A DNA stretch of 64,000 nt from Phyllobates terribilis (lineage: Eukaryota): positions 529,604,001-529,668,000 of the forward strand of contig NW_027362771.1 of NCBI RefSeq assembly GCF_046119375.1, in the 5' to 3' direction. Shown here piece by piece: positions 10,362 through 22,872 of this stretch (positions within the stretch are counted from its first letter, which is position 1; every line of letters begins with the position of its first letter). Made by a program: the position numbers and the translations under genes. A model generated the notes under the pieces. It was not told the DNA's origin and made no database searches. It was given only the letters and a program-made list of their open reading frames with translations.

Positions 10362-11372
10362 TATGAGCGAAGCATTACTGCGATCTTTGAGAGGCAGAAA
10401 GAACCAATCAGCAGCAGGTGAAGAATTGGTTTTATTTATTTTTTTATGCCATTCCTCATGCAGTATAATTGATTAGACGACTTTATTCTTTGGGTCGGTG
10501 CGATTACAGCGATACCAAATTTATATTGGGTTTTTATGTTTGGCAGCTGTCACACACTAAAAGATGCTTTTTACTGTAAAAACAAGTTTTTGCATCACAA
10601 TATTTTGAGAGCTACAATAATTTTTCCATACTTCTGCCGACAGAGTGATGTGACGGCTTGTTTTTTGTGGGACGAGTTGACGTTTTTATTGGTGCCATTT
10701 CCGGGCAAATTACATTTTTTGATCACTTTCCATTCTGTTTTTTGGGAGACAGGATGAACAAAAAACAGAAATTCAGGAAATGTTTTTGGGGATTTTTTTA
10801 TGCCGTTCCGCGTGTGGTAAAATTGATAAGGTAGCTTTATTCTTTGGGTCAATACGATTACAGCGATACCACATTTGCATAGTTTTTTATGTTTTGCTGC
10901 TTTTTTTACACAATAAAAACTATTTTATAGAAAAAATAATTATTTTGGCATCGCTTTATTCTGGGAACTGTAATTTTTTTATTTTTCCGCTGATGGAGCT
11001 GTATGGCAGCTTGTTTTTTGCAAAACAAGATGACGTTTTCAGAGGTACCATATTCATTTACAGGCGTCTTTTTGATCACATTTTATTCCACTTTTTGTTC
11101 GGTGGTATGATGATAAAGCATTGTTTTTTGCCTGGTTTTTCATTATTTTTTTTCACGGTATTCACTGAAGGGGTTAACTATTGAGATAGTTTTATAGGTC
11201 GGGTTGTTACGGATGCGGCGATACCAAGTATGTCTACTTTTTTTTTTATACAGATAAATTTATTAGATTAATATTTATTCCCTTTTTTGGTCTTTATTTT
11301 GTGATTTTTTTTAATACTTTTACAATTTCTATTAACTTTTTTTTTTTTTCCCATTGTCCCACTATGGGACAT

Positions 11373-12486
11373 TGACTCGCCCTCCCTGAGCGGTGGTGTG
11401 TCGTCTTGGCCGTGACCCGGTCCGTGCCCAGGGCTGTCACCTAAAAAATGGGCTTTTGGATGAGTGGTTGTTCGACTACGCCACCTGTGGTTTCTGGTGA
11501 AGGCCACCAGCTTTGCAACAGTCCTCTGAGGCTGGTGTTCTGGCAGCTTGGTTGGTACTACTCCCCACAGGCGGAGTAGGCCTCAGGGCAGTGTTTGATG
11601 AACTGTGTGGAGGGATGGTGGGTGCAGTGCCGCGCGGGAATAACCAAGCGGAGGCGGTAAATGAAGTCATCCAGGTTTTTACTCACTTTAGATGCACTTT
11701 CAGCCGCAAAGCTTCTCTCTGCTACACACGGCGTACTGCGGCCACCAGGAAGGGGGTTCAGCACTTCCCAGGTAGATCAGGAGCACCTGTCAGGACCCCG
11801 GTGGTGTGTTCCTCTCCTTCTCCTTCTCCTCCCGCTTGTGTTCCTCCCTGGGATCCACTAAGCCGCCAGGCTTTTCCAACAGTGACGTGAAGTACACAGT
11901 CAGATATCGGGGGCCGGTCACCCCTTTTTGCAGCAGGAATCCCTCTGGCTAGGCCAGAGTGAAGAATACAGGGGGCGACTCCGCTCCGTCCGTATCCCCC
12001 TGGGATCCTTTTGCCTGTGGAGCTTATCTCCTCTGCTCCCCTCCAAGGCCTTCTTAGAACGGGACCTTGACCGGGCAGAGACACTGGTTAACTCTGACCC
12101 GCTCCTCGTCTCAAGGCCTGAGAAAGAGGACCGTGAATCTTCAGCCAGCTACAGACTCTTGCAGGACCCTGACAGAAGACCACAATCAAAAGACCTTGAA
12201 GATGGCCATATATTATATATGATTCTATAAGTGCTTCCTGTAAGTGTTTCCTTCACACTCACCCACTACTTGGTTCCCCTTATCTTTGGTTCCCCCCCCA
12301 TCTCCTCTATCCCGAAATGGGGCAGCACCCTGATGCATTTAGGCCCCCTGCCGGACAGGACTGGTGTAGTGTTGAGTGTGAAGTGGGGTCCTGGGTGATG
12401 CTCCAGCCTTACCTGGAAGAGGAGATACCACACCTCTTAATGAGGTGCAGTACCACTGTGGCGACTGAACCCTCAGGGGCGCCACA
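11373..12486 (-). mobile_element. Solo LTR of the CSD-associated LTR family
   Basis: TGTGGCGCCCC...GAGTCA on the minus strand; 4-bp TSD ACAT at 11369-11372 and 12487-12490. Confidence 0.9.
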
Positions 12487-12539
12487 ACATCAACTTTCTC
12501 TGCGCTGATCGCTGATCTAATACTCTGCAGTGAGCTGAA

Positions 12540-14235
12540 CACTTCCATGAGACAGTGTGGAGATGCTCGGTGACACTGCAGGTAGTGGTGGTACTGTCAG
12601 ATTCTCTCTTTGCGGAGAGGCAGGTAGCCGAGACCGCAGGAGGAAGCTCAGATATGTCATGCTTTTTAAGGTGTGTACTCCACTGCACCTCGTGCTTGCA
12701 ATTCTGATGCCTTGTCATGCAAGTGGTGCTCATGCTCAGGTTCAGAAGATTTATGCCTCGCTTCAGGCTCTTACAGCAAAGTGTGAAAACCACCAGTCAT
12801 TTGTCATCAGCACATTGCCTGAAGAAATGCCATGCCAGGGAGCTCCTTTGAGCTGTCTTTGGTGTGCTCATTTCATCAGCGCGGTGGGCATTAGCAGCCG
12901 ACGTACTGGCAAGGGGCCAGCTGCTGTGCTTTTGCACCCTCTTCCTCCGAACTGTGCACATCACTAGGATGGCCTTCGCTTCATGTGGGGTCTAGGACCT
13001 CATCATCCTTCACATCATCTTCCACCCATTCTTCACCCCTGCCCTCCTTGCCGGTCTGCACACTTCAGAGAGCCGCAGCAGTTGGCACCTGTGTTTCGTC
13101 ATCTTTGGGATGTGCTGCGGTGGTCCGCTGACCATGTGCACTAGCCCTCCCACGTACTCATCCTCCAACATAACAAGTAGTTTTGCATAAGAGCACTCAG
13201 TCTCTTCCACTTCTGAGGCAGGGCCAGGTGGATGGGCCAAGGAACCTCAGCCAGCGGAGTCATCAGAAAGAAGAGACTGCTGCATGACTTGGGGCTCAGA
13301 CTGCATGGCAGATTTGCAATGGGGTAAGGTGGAAGAAAGATGCCCATGGTACTCAGGTGCCAACTCTGCACTTTCTGCAGGGGACCGGGTGAAAGACAAT
13401 GCAAAGGAACTGAAGGCACTCTAAGCCATCCAATCTAACATCGCCTGTTTGGCCTCATCATTCGTGTACGGGTACTCTAGCCTACGAAACGACGCAGAAT
13501 GCCCTGTTGCCTGTGAGCACCTGAGGAGGGTGTTTCACTTGGGCATGTAACAGGCACAGATCAACCACGTCCTCTCCCTGCAGGAGCTATACCATCATCA
13601 CTAGCAGCACCACGTCCTCTATTTGATGCTCTCTTTGATGTTTTATCCCCTAAAAAAAATTCCCAGTAGATAATATGTTGCATTAGGGCACTCTGTAAAA
13701 GGCTGTTAGGACAGTATGCACCAGGCTCTTAGAGCAGTATGCACCAGGCTGTAAGGGCACTATGCACCAGGCTGTATGGGCACTATGCACCAGGGTATAT
13801 GGACACTATGCACCAGGCTGTATGGGCAGTATGCACCAGGCGGTACAGGCAGTGTGCACCAGGCTGTACGGGCAGTATGCACCAGGCTGTATGGGCAGTA
13901 TGCACCAGGCTGTACGGCCAGTGTGCACCAGGCTGTACGGCCAATATGCACCATGATGTTAGAGCACTATGCACCAGGCTGTATGGGCAGTGTGCACCAG
14001 GATGGACAGTATGCACCATGTTGGATTAGGGCACCCAACACAGACACTGTTTATGGCACCAGGCTCTGAACTCGCAAAACTTGGCATGGCTGTGTTGGGG
14101 CCGGAAGTGCCCACAGCCTTAAAGCCTGTTGATTGGCTGCGCTGCAGCCTTTCAACAAACTTTATTTGGCTGGTGAACCCAGACACTAACACGGACTTCC
14201 TTTTAGAAGTCTGTGTTCGGGCCTGAACTTTACTT
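12540..14235 (-). mobile_element. 5' fragment of a hAT transposon with degenerate BED-finger transposase start
   Basis: CCKSLKRG...TTCMTRHQNCKH BED-like motif (within 12473-12793); terminal-type sequence at about 14070-14235, ending at the chromovirus LTR junction. Confidence 0.7.
13715..14035. repeat. 23-bp minisatellite (TATGCACCAGGCTGTATGGGCAG), about 13 copies
   Basis: Direct tandem units with 23-bp period. Confidence 0.9.
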
Positions 14236-14585
14236 TACTAGGGAAGGGACCGAGCAGAGGGACCAGGTGCTACTCTGGGACCGACCTTGTATGACAGCAG
14301 GTGACTCCCACGGGTCAGAAGGCAGGGACTGACCGGTACAGCAGATGAGCACGGCAGGCAGGCTGACGGGTGATCCGGGCAGACAGACTGGCAGACATGG
14401 CAGGTAATAAGCAGGAGCCTCCAGGTAGGCTGGTTGGTAGGCACAGCAGGTAACAGGCAGGTGCTTCCAGGTAAGCAGGCTGGCAGGCACGGCAGGTAAC
14501 GGGCAGGTGCTTCCAGGTAAGCAGGCGGACAGAGCCCATAGACAGACTGGCGGACTGGACTGTAGACAGACTGTCGGGCTGGAGA

Positions 14586-14845
14586 GTAGACAAGCTGGCG
14601 GACTGCACTTGTAGTCAGGCTGGCGGACTGGACTTGTAGTCAGGCTGGCGGACTGGACTTGTAGTCAGGCTGGCGGACTGGACTTGTAGTCAGGCTGGCG
14701 GACTGGACTTGTAGTCAGGCTGGCGGACTGGACTTGTAGTCAGGCTGGCGGGCTGGACTTGTAGTCAGGCTGGCGGGCTAGACTTGTAGTCAGGCTGGCG
14801 GGCTGGACTGGTAGTCAGGCTGGCGGGCTGGACTGGTAGTCAGGC
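14586..14845. repeat. 25-bp tandem repeat in the 3' LTR
   Basis: GTAGTCAGGCTGGCGGACTGGACTT units, 11 GTAG anchors at 25-bp spacing. Confidence 0.9.
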
Positions 14846-15164
14846 TAGCAGCGGGACCTGAGGGCTGAAGCAGAGTATAACACACAAAGCTACAACCTTG
14901 CACGGGCACCTCCATTTTGGAGGAGGTGCCTTTTATATGAGAGGTCCTCCGGCCATTGGCCGGGGACTCCTTAGGACGGCGCGCGCGCGCGCCCTAAGCA
15001 CAGTGCCCGGAAAGCTGCGCGTGCCGGCAGCAACAGAGGCAGGAGAGCATGAGGACGCCGGGCAGGGTGTGCGGCTGTAAGTGGGACCGCGTCTCTGCCT
15101 GTCAGGGGGCAGAGACGCCGATACTACAGTAGCCCCAACTTTACGCCCCCTATTTTTTAGGCCT

Positions 15165-16742
15165 GAAAGAAATTTTTTAAGGAGAAGCGGGGCGTGGATG
15201 TTCTCCCTGGGTTCCCAAGTTCTCTCCTCTGGGCCAAACCCCTTCCAATCCACCAGAAAAAAAGGTTTTTCCTCTTACCCTCTTGGTGGCCAGAATGTTC
15301 TCTACCTCATAGATGTCCTCAGCGGAGACCGGAGCTGGGGAGGTACCTGGATTGTCGGAAAAAGAATTAAGCACAACAGGTTTGAGGAGAGATACGTGGA
15401 AGGAGTTGGGAATCCGTAAGGTGGCCAGGAGTTTTAACTTGTAAGCTACTGGGTTGATTCGTTGGAGGACTTCAAATGGGCCGATGAACCGTGGACCCAA
15501 CTTATAGGAGGGTATTTTGAGACGAACTTGTTTGGAGGAGAGCCAAACCTTGTCTCCCGGATGGAATTGAGGCGGATCCAGACGTCTCTTATCAGCATGT
15601 CTCTTCATCCGCTCAGAGGATTGAAGAAGTTCAGACCTAGTGTCCTCCCAAATGGTCGAAAATTCGCTGACCAGAGACTCCGCGGCAGGGTTGTCCACAG
15701 CAGCCGAAACGGGAAACGGAATCCGGGGATGTTGACCGCAGACCACAAAGAACGGGGACTTGGAAGAAGATTCGCTCTCATGGTTGTTGTAGGAGAACTC
15801 GGCCCATGGTAGGAGCTCCACCCAATCGGTATGGTGAGCGTTGACGAAGTGTCGGCGGTAGCTGGTAAGGATCTGATTGATACGTTCCACTTGGCCATTG
15901 GACTGCGGATGGTAAGCAGAGGAGAAATCCAGGGTGACATCCAGCAGTTTACACGTATCTCTCCAGAAGCGCAAAGTGAACTGGACCCCTCGATCAGATA
16001 CTATGTTGAGGAGTAGGCCGTGGAGACGAAAGATGTGATGGATGAAATCCTTAGCCAGCACAGATGCAGACGGGAGACCAGGCAGAGGGATGAAGTGGGC
16101 CATTTTAGAAAAGCGGTCAGCGACCACCCAAATGACTGTACAACCGGCAGAAACAGGGAGATCAGTAATAAAGTCCATAGCAATGTATTGCCACGGGGCA
16201 GCAGGTACGGGAAGAGGCAGGAGATGGCCGGCTGGAAGATGTCTGGGAAGTTTATTGCGAGCACAGGACGAACAGGCCGTGACGAAGTCTACCACATCCT
16301 GGCGCAGGGTAGGCCACCAGTAATGCCGGGTAATGAGCAGGAAGGTCTTCTTCTGGCCAGCATGGCCGGCTAGTTTGGATGAATGACCCCAGTGAAGAAC
16401 CTTCTTACGATCCGGAACCACTACAAACGTCTTACCAGGTGGGAGATGAGAAAGGTCCAAGGGGGCCACATTCATCACTTTGGAGGGGTCGATGATATGC
16501 ATAGGCTCCTCCTCTTGATCGGACGACAAGAAGGATCGGGACAAGGCTTCGGCTTTAACGTTCTTGTCCGCCGGGCGGTAATGTAGGGTAAAGTTGAAGC
16601 GGGCGAAGAACAAAGACCACCGGGCCTGACGCGGATTGAGTCTTTGGGCATTCTGTAGATAAGCCAGGTTTTTGTGGTCAGTATAGATGACCACCGGGTG
16701 CAGAGTCCCCTCGAGCAGGTAACGCCACTCCTCCAGCGCCAA
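15165..16742 (-). pseudogene. pol: Chromovirus RNase H end, integrase and C-terminal chromodomain
   Basis: HSSKLAGH...CSSC, IAMDFITDLP, IVSDRGVQF, HPQSNGQVERIN; chromodomain DIYEVENILA...WKGFGPEERTWEP split by a frameshift near 15255. Confidence 0.9.
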
Positions 16743-16760
16743 TTTGATGGCTAGCAGTTC

Positions 16761-18332
16761 TCAGTCTCCTATGGAGTAGTTGTGCTCAGACGAGGAGAAG
16801 AGCTTGGAGAAGAAGCCGCAGGTTACCATTCTCCCGGATGGAGATTTCTGGGTGAGCACCGCTCCGGCTCCGGCAGAGGAAGCATCAACCTCCAGAAAGA
16901 ACTGTTTGTTGCTATCTGTACAGTGCAGCACAGGGGCGGAAGAGAAGGCTTGTTTTAAGGAAAGGAAGGCCTCCTCCGCTTCGGACGGCCATTCCTTAGG
17001 ATTTGCTCCCTTTCGGATGAGTGCAGAGATGGGAGCAGTCCGGGAAGAGAAATGTGGAATGAAGAGACGGTAATAGTTGGTGAAGCACAGGAATCGCTGA
17101 ATCGCCTTCAACCCCTCCGGACGGGGCCACTTTAAGACGGCAGAGACCTTCTCGGGGTCCATCCGTAGACCAGTCTTAGAGATAATATAGCCCAGGAACA
17201 GAAGGGAGGTCTGCTCGTAGAGGCACTTCTCAAAGTTTGCATAAAGGTGATTCTGCTTGAGCCTAAGCAGGACCTGACGAACATCCCTCCGGTGTGTGGG
17301 AAGATCCAGAGAGAAGACCAAGATGTCGTCCAGGTACACCACCACGCAAGAATATAAGAGGTCACGAAAGATGTCATTAACTAATCCTTGGAAGACGGCA
17401 GGAGCATTACAGAGACCGAAGGGCATCACACGGTATTCATAGTGACCGTCCCGGTTATTGAATGGCGTCTTCCACTCGTCTTCTTGGCGGATCCGGACCA
17501 AGTTATATGCCCCACGAAGATCGAGCTTGGTGAAGATCTTCGCGCCTTTAAGGCGGTCGAACAGCTCAGAGATGAGCGGCAGGGGGTATTTGTTTTTGGT
17601 AGTGATTTGGTTGAGACCTCTATAATCGATACATGGGCGTAGTGAACCGTCTTTCTTTTTTACGAAGAAAAATCCGGCTCCAGCCGGGGAGGAAGATTTC
17701 CGGATGAATCCCCTAGCCAGATTTTCTTCGATGTACTCCGACATGGCCCGGGTTTCGGCCAACGACAACGGGTAAATACGCCCACAGGGTGGAGTGGCAC
17801 CGGGTATCAGGTCGATAGGGCAGTCATATGGCCTATGAGGTGGCAGTGTCTCTGCCTCCTTCTTGTTGAAGACATCAGCATAGGACCAGTAAGGTGCCAG
17901 TAGACCAGGTAAATTAGTCGGAGTAGATGGAGGTAGAGCCGGGCGAACCGGAACCAGGTAGGTCTTATGGCAATCCTGCCCCCAACGGAGCACCTCACCG
18001 GATTGCCAGTTCAGAATGGGTACATGTCTCTGTAGCCAGAGTAGACCTAGCAAAAGAGGGTGAGAGAGTCCGGAAAGCACATGGAAGGAGATCCTCTCTG
18101 AGTGCAGCATTCCCACCTGCAGGGTTACGGGCTCTGTGACGAGCAAGATGGTCACCGGAAGGAGTCTTCCATCCACGGAAGCGACTGCCAATGGTTCAGC
18201 CAGAGATTTGGTAGGAATCTGATATTTCTGTACAAGGGACTGGGAAATGAGATTCCCAGCGGCTCTGGAGTCCAGATGGGCGGTCTCAAAGAAGCGGTTC
18301 TCTCCACAGGAGATAGAGACGGACAAAGTCAA
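16761..18332 (-). pseudogene. pol: Chromovirus protease-RT-RNase H
   Basis: HLDSRAAGN (mutated DSGA), PCIDYRGLN, VVYLDDILVFS, LEVDASSAGAGAVL. Confidence 0.9.
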
Positions 18333-18379
18333 GAACGGAGAGGATTTACTCTTGCCTAGGACGACCTCTCCGAGCGGTC

Positions 18380-19155
18380 CTAGACACTGGAGTTTCCTGG
18401 CTTCATCGGGCAGGAACGGATCAGGTGCTCCTTACTACCATAGTAGAAGCAGCTCCCCTCGGCTCGGCGTGTTTCTTGGCGAGATTTGACCATCTTGGTC
18501 TGGTCAATCTGCATAGGTTCGGGCGAGCGTGCCTGGGGAGTTGCTGATTGGGAAGCCGGTTTCTGGAAAACAGGAGCAAGACGAGGAAATCTTCTCTCCC
18601 GAGGGTACGGAACCATATGGCATACTGTGCCACAATGAGACTCCCTTTGCGGAGACGGAGCAATGAGGAGGCAGTAGAAATCCTTTGTCCAGGTTCATCG
18701 AAGACCTTCCGGAAGGCAGTGAGGAAAGCTGGAAGATCGGACACCAGGGAATCCCCTCTCTCCCATAGAGGGTTTAGCCATACCAATGCTTCCCCGGAGA
18801 GGTGAGACATGACGAACGCCACCTTGGCCCGGTCAGAGGGAAACTGATGTGGCAGAAGTTCAAAGTGCAGCGTGCACTGGTTCAGAAAGCCCCGACATAG
18901 GATGGGGTCACCTCCAAAATGAGGAGGCGCAGAGAGTCGGGGTCCTAGGCTGGATGCCGTGGTATTGGTAGGCAGCGGCGCTGCCGGAGCGGGTGTCGCT
19001 CGACTTGAGGCGGACACAGGTGGAACAGACAGCGTGTCCAGGCGAGAGTTGACAGACCGCAGGTAGGTCAGGATGGTTTCCTGTTGGGATCTCTGATGAG
19101 AAACCTCCTGGCACAGGTCAGCAAGCGAATGGGACTGGGGGCCACTGGGTTCCAT
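18380..19155 (-). pseudogene. gag: Chromovirus gag (Ty3 capsid-like, degenerate zinc knuckle), frameshifted
   Basis: PPHFGGDPILCRGFLNQCTLHF...KVAFVMSHLSGEALVW; CFYYGSKEHLIRSC knuckle lacking one Cys. Confidence 0.85.
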
Positions 19156-19156
19156 G

Positions 19157-19166
19157 GCCCGTGCAA
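19157..19166 (-). promoter_or_regulatory. Self-priming-type primer binding site
   Basis: TTGCACGGGC lies 2 nt after the LTR and is complementary to GCCCGTGCAA at 14907-14898, 30 nt from TATAAAA. Confidence 0.75.
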
Positions 19167-19633
19167 ACTGTTACGGATTCGGGTGGTGGAACCTCTGTGC
19201 TGCGGTGCAAGGAGGGACTAGAGGGTCGTAACTAGGTATCAACTCGGACCGACCAAGGTCGTACGGCGGCTCAATCGACTCCATGACCAGGGAGGGACCG
19301 AGCAGAGGGACCAGGTGCCTCTCTGGGACCGACCTTGTATGAGAGCAGGTGACTCCCACGGGTCAGAAGGCAGGGACTGACCATTACAGCAGATGAGCAC
19401 GGCAGGTAGGCTGACGGGTGATCCGGGCAGACGGACTGGCAGACACGGCAGGTAACAAGCAGGAGCCTCCAGGTAGGCTGGCTGGTAGACACGGCAGGTA
19501 ACAGGCAGGTGCTTCCAGGTAAGCGGGCTGGCAGGCACGGCAGGTAACGGGCAGGTGCTTCCAGGTAAGCAGGCGGACAGAGCCCATAGACAGACTGGCG
19601 GACTGGACTGTAGACAGACTTTCGGGCTGGAGA

Positions 19634-19995
19634 GTAGACAAGCTGGTGGACTGGACTTGTAGTTAGGCTGGCGGACTGGACTTGTAGTCAAGCTGGCGGG
19701 CTGGACTTGTAGTCAGGCTGGCGGGTTGGACTTGTAGTCAGGCTGGCGAGCTGGACTTGTAGTCAGGCTGGCGGGCTAGACTTGTAGTCAGGCTGGCGGG
19801 CTGGACTTGTAGACAGGCTGGCGGGCTGGACTGGTAGTCAAGCTGTCGGGCTGGACTTGTAGTCAGGCTGGCGGGCTGGACTTGTAGTCAGGCTGGCGGG
19901 CTGGACTTGTAGTCAGGCTGGCAGGCTGGACTTGTAGACAGGCTGGCGGGCTGGACTGGTAGTCAGGTTGGCGGGCTCGACTGGTAGTCAGGCTA
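19634..19995. repeat. 25-bp tandem repeat in the 5' LTR
   Basis: 15 GTAG anchors at 25-bp spacing. Confidence 0.9.
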
Positions 19996-20449
19996 GCAGC
20001 GGGACCTGAGGGCTGAAGCAGAGTATAACACACAAAGCTGCAACCTTGCATGGGCACCTCCATTTTGGAGGAGGTGCCTTTTATATGAGAGGTCCTTCGG
20101 CCATTGGCCGGGGACTCCTTAGGACGGCACGCGCGCCCCCTTTAAGAGGGAGGGAGCGCGCGCGTGCCCTAAGCACAGTGCCCGGGAAGCTGCGCGTGTC
20201 GGCAGCAACAGAGGCAGGAGCGCCGGATGACGCCGGGCAGGGAGCGTGGCGGTAAGTGGGACGGCGTCTCTGCCTGTCAGGGGGCAGAGACGCCGATACT
20301 ACAGAGAACTTTTCTCATCTCTAGTTACAGCTACTGCTACTGTAATTGTGCATATCTACAAGAATTCAGCTTGAAAATTAACCTTCTTCTGGAATCTTCA
20401 TACGTGCCTCCTGCAGTCGAGTCAAGCTATCTGATGAAATCTGTTTGTG

Positions 20450-20723
20450 TGAGTAATGGTACATGGAGACAGCCATAGACACGGTGTCTCAAGCGCCCTA
20501 CATTCGCAGCCTAGTTATGGAGTCAGAATACCACCACTGCTGCTTTCCATTTCCACATACCCCCAGACCTGAGAGCAGACAAGGTGGAGTTATTGGTCTG
20601 CTCTTTATATCACAATGTGATTTCCAGATTACCCCTCGATACTCTCACCTATGTTTCCTTTCTTTGAAGTCCATACCGTTAGACTCTTCAAACCCTTCTC
20701 CCTGCGAGTGGCGATTGTGTATC
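20450..20723 (+). mobile_element. L2 LINE piece 1 (endonuclease start)
   Basis: FPHTPRPESRQGG...PFSLRVAIVY; continues in frame after the Gypsy insertion. Confidence 0.75.
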
Positions 20724-21797
20724 TGTAACATGTTGACATGTCTTTCTAGTAATGAGTTCATATTACTGACAGTATAAATTTCTCATGCAATGACTTAGTC
20801 CGGCCATTAGGGGTCAGCAAGAAACAAGTAAAGAAAAAGCCCGGGGATCTGTAAAAAAGCCCGGGAAACAGAGAACCAGGAAGTCCTCTGAGGAGACAAG
20901 ACCTGTCTGATGCCCAGGGACGTTTGGGAGCTTGCACAGACTGCAGCCGGATGGTGTGTCCAAGAAGAAGCTGTGCCTTGTGAGTAACTGAGATATGTGA
21001 CCGGTCACCAACTGTGTAGTCAGTTAGGGAAACCTAGTTGATGATTCCAGTAGTGCTGAGAACGGCCTGGTGTATATCACTGCTGATGGACTGATCAGGC
21101 TTGATCCAGAGATTGTGAAGGATCTGGTATACTTAGACTCTGTGTACGTGGATTCTAGAAAGGACCCCTGTTGTGAACTACACTTTGAGACTGACATTGA
21201 TTCTAATTCCTGCTTACACCTGGATGTGCTGAAGAGCTTGGTGAGAAGGAGAAGCTGATCAAACCGTGTGGCCAGAGATCAGGGTCTAATAAAAGGTTTA
21301 GTTTGTTAACTGTTTGTATATGTATTAAGTCTGAGAGATTTCTCTTTGCTTTTGTAAGAAGAGAAACTGTACACTGTATAGGTAACGCATTGACTAAATA
21401 TATATATATGAGTGTTCTCTAAGGGGAAAACAAGGGTACCCAGATCCCACTGTATTATTGTGGGAGGGGGGTGTAAGTTTATATTCCTGGGAGGACCACG
21501 TGCCACGTCCGCGATAACATCCTGGGTAGGCCCTGTACTGAATAAGGGTGGGAGCGGCATAGCCCAGGGGTAGTTTGGCTCATTCCCGCAAGAATGGCAC
21601 TTGGCCTCTCTCTTGTGCTGCTTAACTTGTATTTTGTGTTAGTGGCCGTTGTGGCCCATATTTTGTAGAATCATTTAACCCTGTCATTTGTGTGACCAGT
21701 ATAAAGAAAGTTATTTGCCACTATACGAGGTCGGAGTCATTCATTGCAGCGCCGTATCCCTCATACACATTCGACCGGTGTTCTGGTCGTTACATCT

Positions 21798-21815
21798 TGG
21801 CGTAGGCGGCAGGAT
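21798..21815 (+). promoter_or_regulatory. tRNA-Ser primer binding site
   Basis: TGGCGTAGGCGGCAGGAT, 17/18 match to the complement of the vertebrate tRNA-Ser(AGA/TGA) 3' end. Confidence 0.85.
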
Positions 21816-21827
21816 ACGGTGCTCGTC

Positions 21828-22803
21828 ATGAATGGTGACAGTAGCGCGGAAGGTGCTGCCGCGCCTGCTGTAGTAATCCACCCCTCTCCTCCTGTTATGG
21901 CCGTTAGAGACCGGTTAGTTGGTTGCTCTGCAACGGGCGCACTACTTCACCACCTGGCCAAGTTTGATGGGTATAACTTGCTGTTCAGTGATTGGGTAGG
22001 CAGGCAGGTTGAAGAATTCCATTGCCTTGCAAGGTGTCAGCTCTCAGCTGCAACCGAAAGTCGCGCTGAATGCTCTGGAGAGGGATGCCTTTCGCAAAGT
22101 TTTCTTGTTAAAATCCGAGGTGAGGCGAAAGACAGTCGACAACATCATCCGGATACTAGAGAAAGTATTTGATCACATGGCGGCAACAGGGCAACTACAA
22201 TTACAGTTTTTCGCCCCGACCCAGAGAAACAGAGAAAGCCTGATCCAGTATGCTATAGCACTGGAGGAACTGCATCAGGAGATCAAAAAGAAGTTGCCTG
22301 TAACCATGGGTACTGAGGCCGATGTCGACAGCATTCTTCAGGATCAGTTCATCTAGGGGATACGGAGTGAGGCGCTAAGGAGCGAATTGTTGCTGAAGGC
22401 GCGGAATACCCCTGGTGTCACCTATGCCGAAATACAGGAAGAGGCGGTAGCACGGACTTTGGAAGTGAAGCCTGCTTTGCAGTGGAGTAGCCTGCAAGTG
22501 GCTAACACAAGAGAGCCGAGACCAGACCCTGTTCAGGCACAGCTGGCGGCTTTGCAGAAAACCGTGGAAAACCTGACGGAACAGGTACAACAGATGCAAG
22601 TTCGGGAGACGCCTCCGATATGCTTGGCCTTGACGAACCCCCCTATTCCCCTTTATGGTCAACCCCCCTATACCTCAGGAAGGACGCCGACTGCTCCTAG
22701 ACCTGAGGCATCCGGAAGTAGGACAAGAAGACCGGTTCAATGTTGGCGATGCCGAGAACTGGGGCATATGCAGACGTTACTGCCCGAGGAACCTGCCGGC
22801 TGA
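21828..22803 (+). pseudogene. gag: Gypsy gag with zinc knuckle, broken
   Basis: ESLIQYAIALEEL, LQDQFI*GIRS, VQCWRCRELGHM. Confidence 0.75.
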
Positions 22804-22872
22804 AGTCCCGCCATCGGTAAAAGAGAGGCCCTCGCTGTAGTTTGGCATATGGTGAGGCAGGAATGAAAATCA

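Larger units (their letters stand above)
4930..12530. repeat. Interior of a large non-autonomous DNA-transposon-like repeat (family undetermined), host to the CR1, a foldback MITE and a solo LTR
   Basis: Recurrent AAGTGAC(A/C)CCATTTT subunits (about 5058, 5447, 5674) and GCGATACCA subunits (about 10510, 10863, 11218); sequence resumes across the CR1 and solo-LTR TSDs. Confidence 0.5.
14240..20303 (-). mobile_element. Near full-length chromovirus (sushi-like Ty3/Gypsy), degenerate
   Basis: 5' LTR 19169-20303; 3' LTR 14240-15128 lacking about 120 bp of its distal end; gag-pro-RT-RH-IN-chromodomain order; PPT about 15129-15152. Confidence 0.95.
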
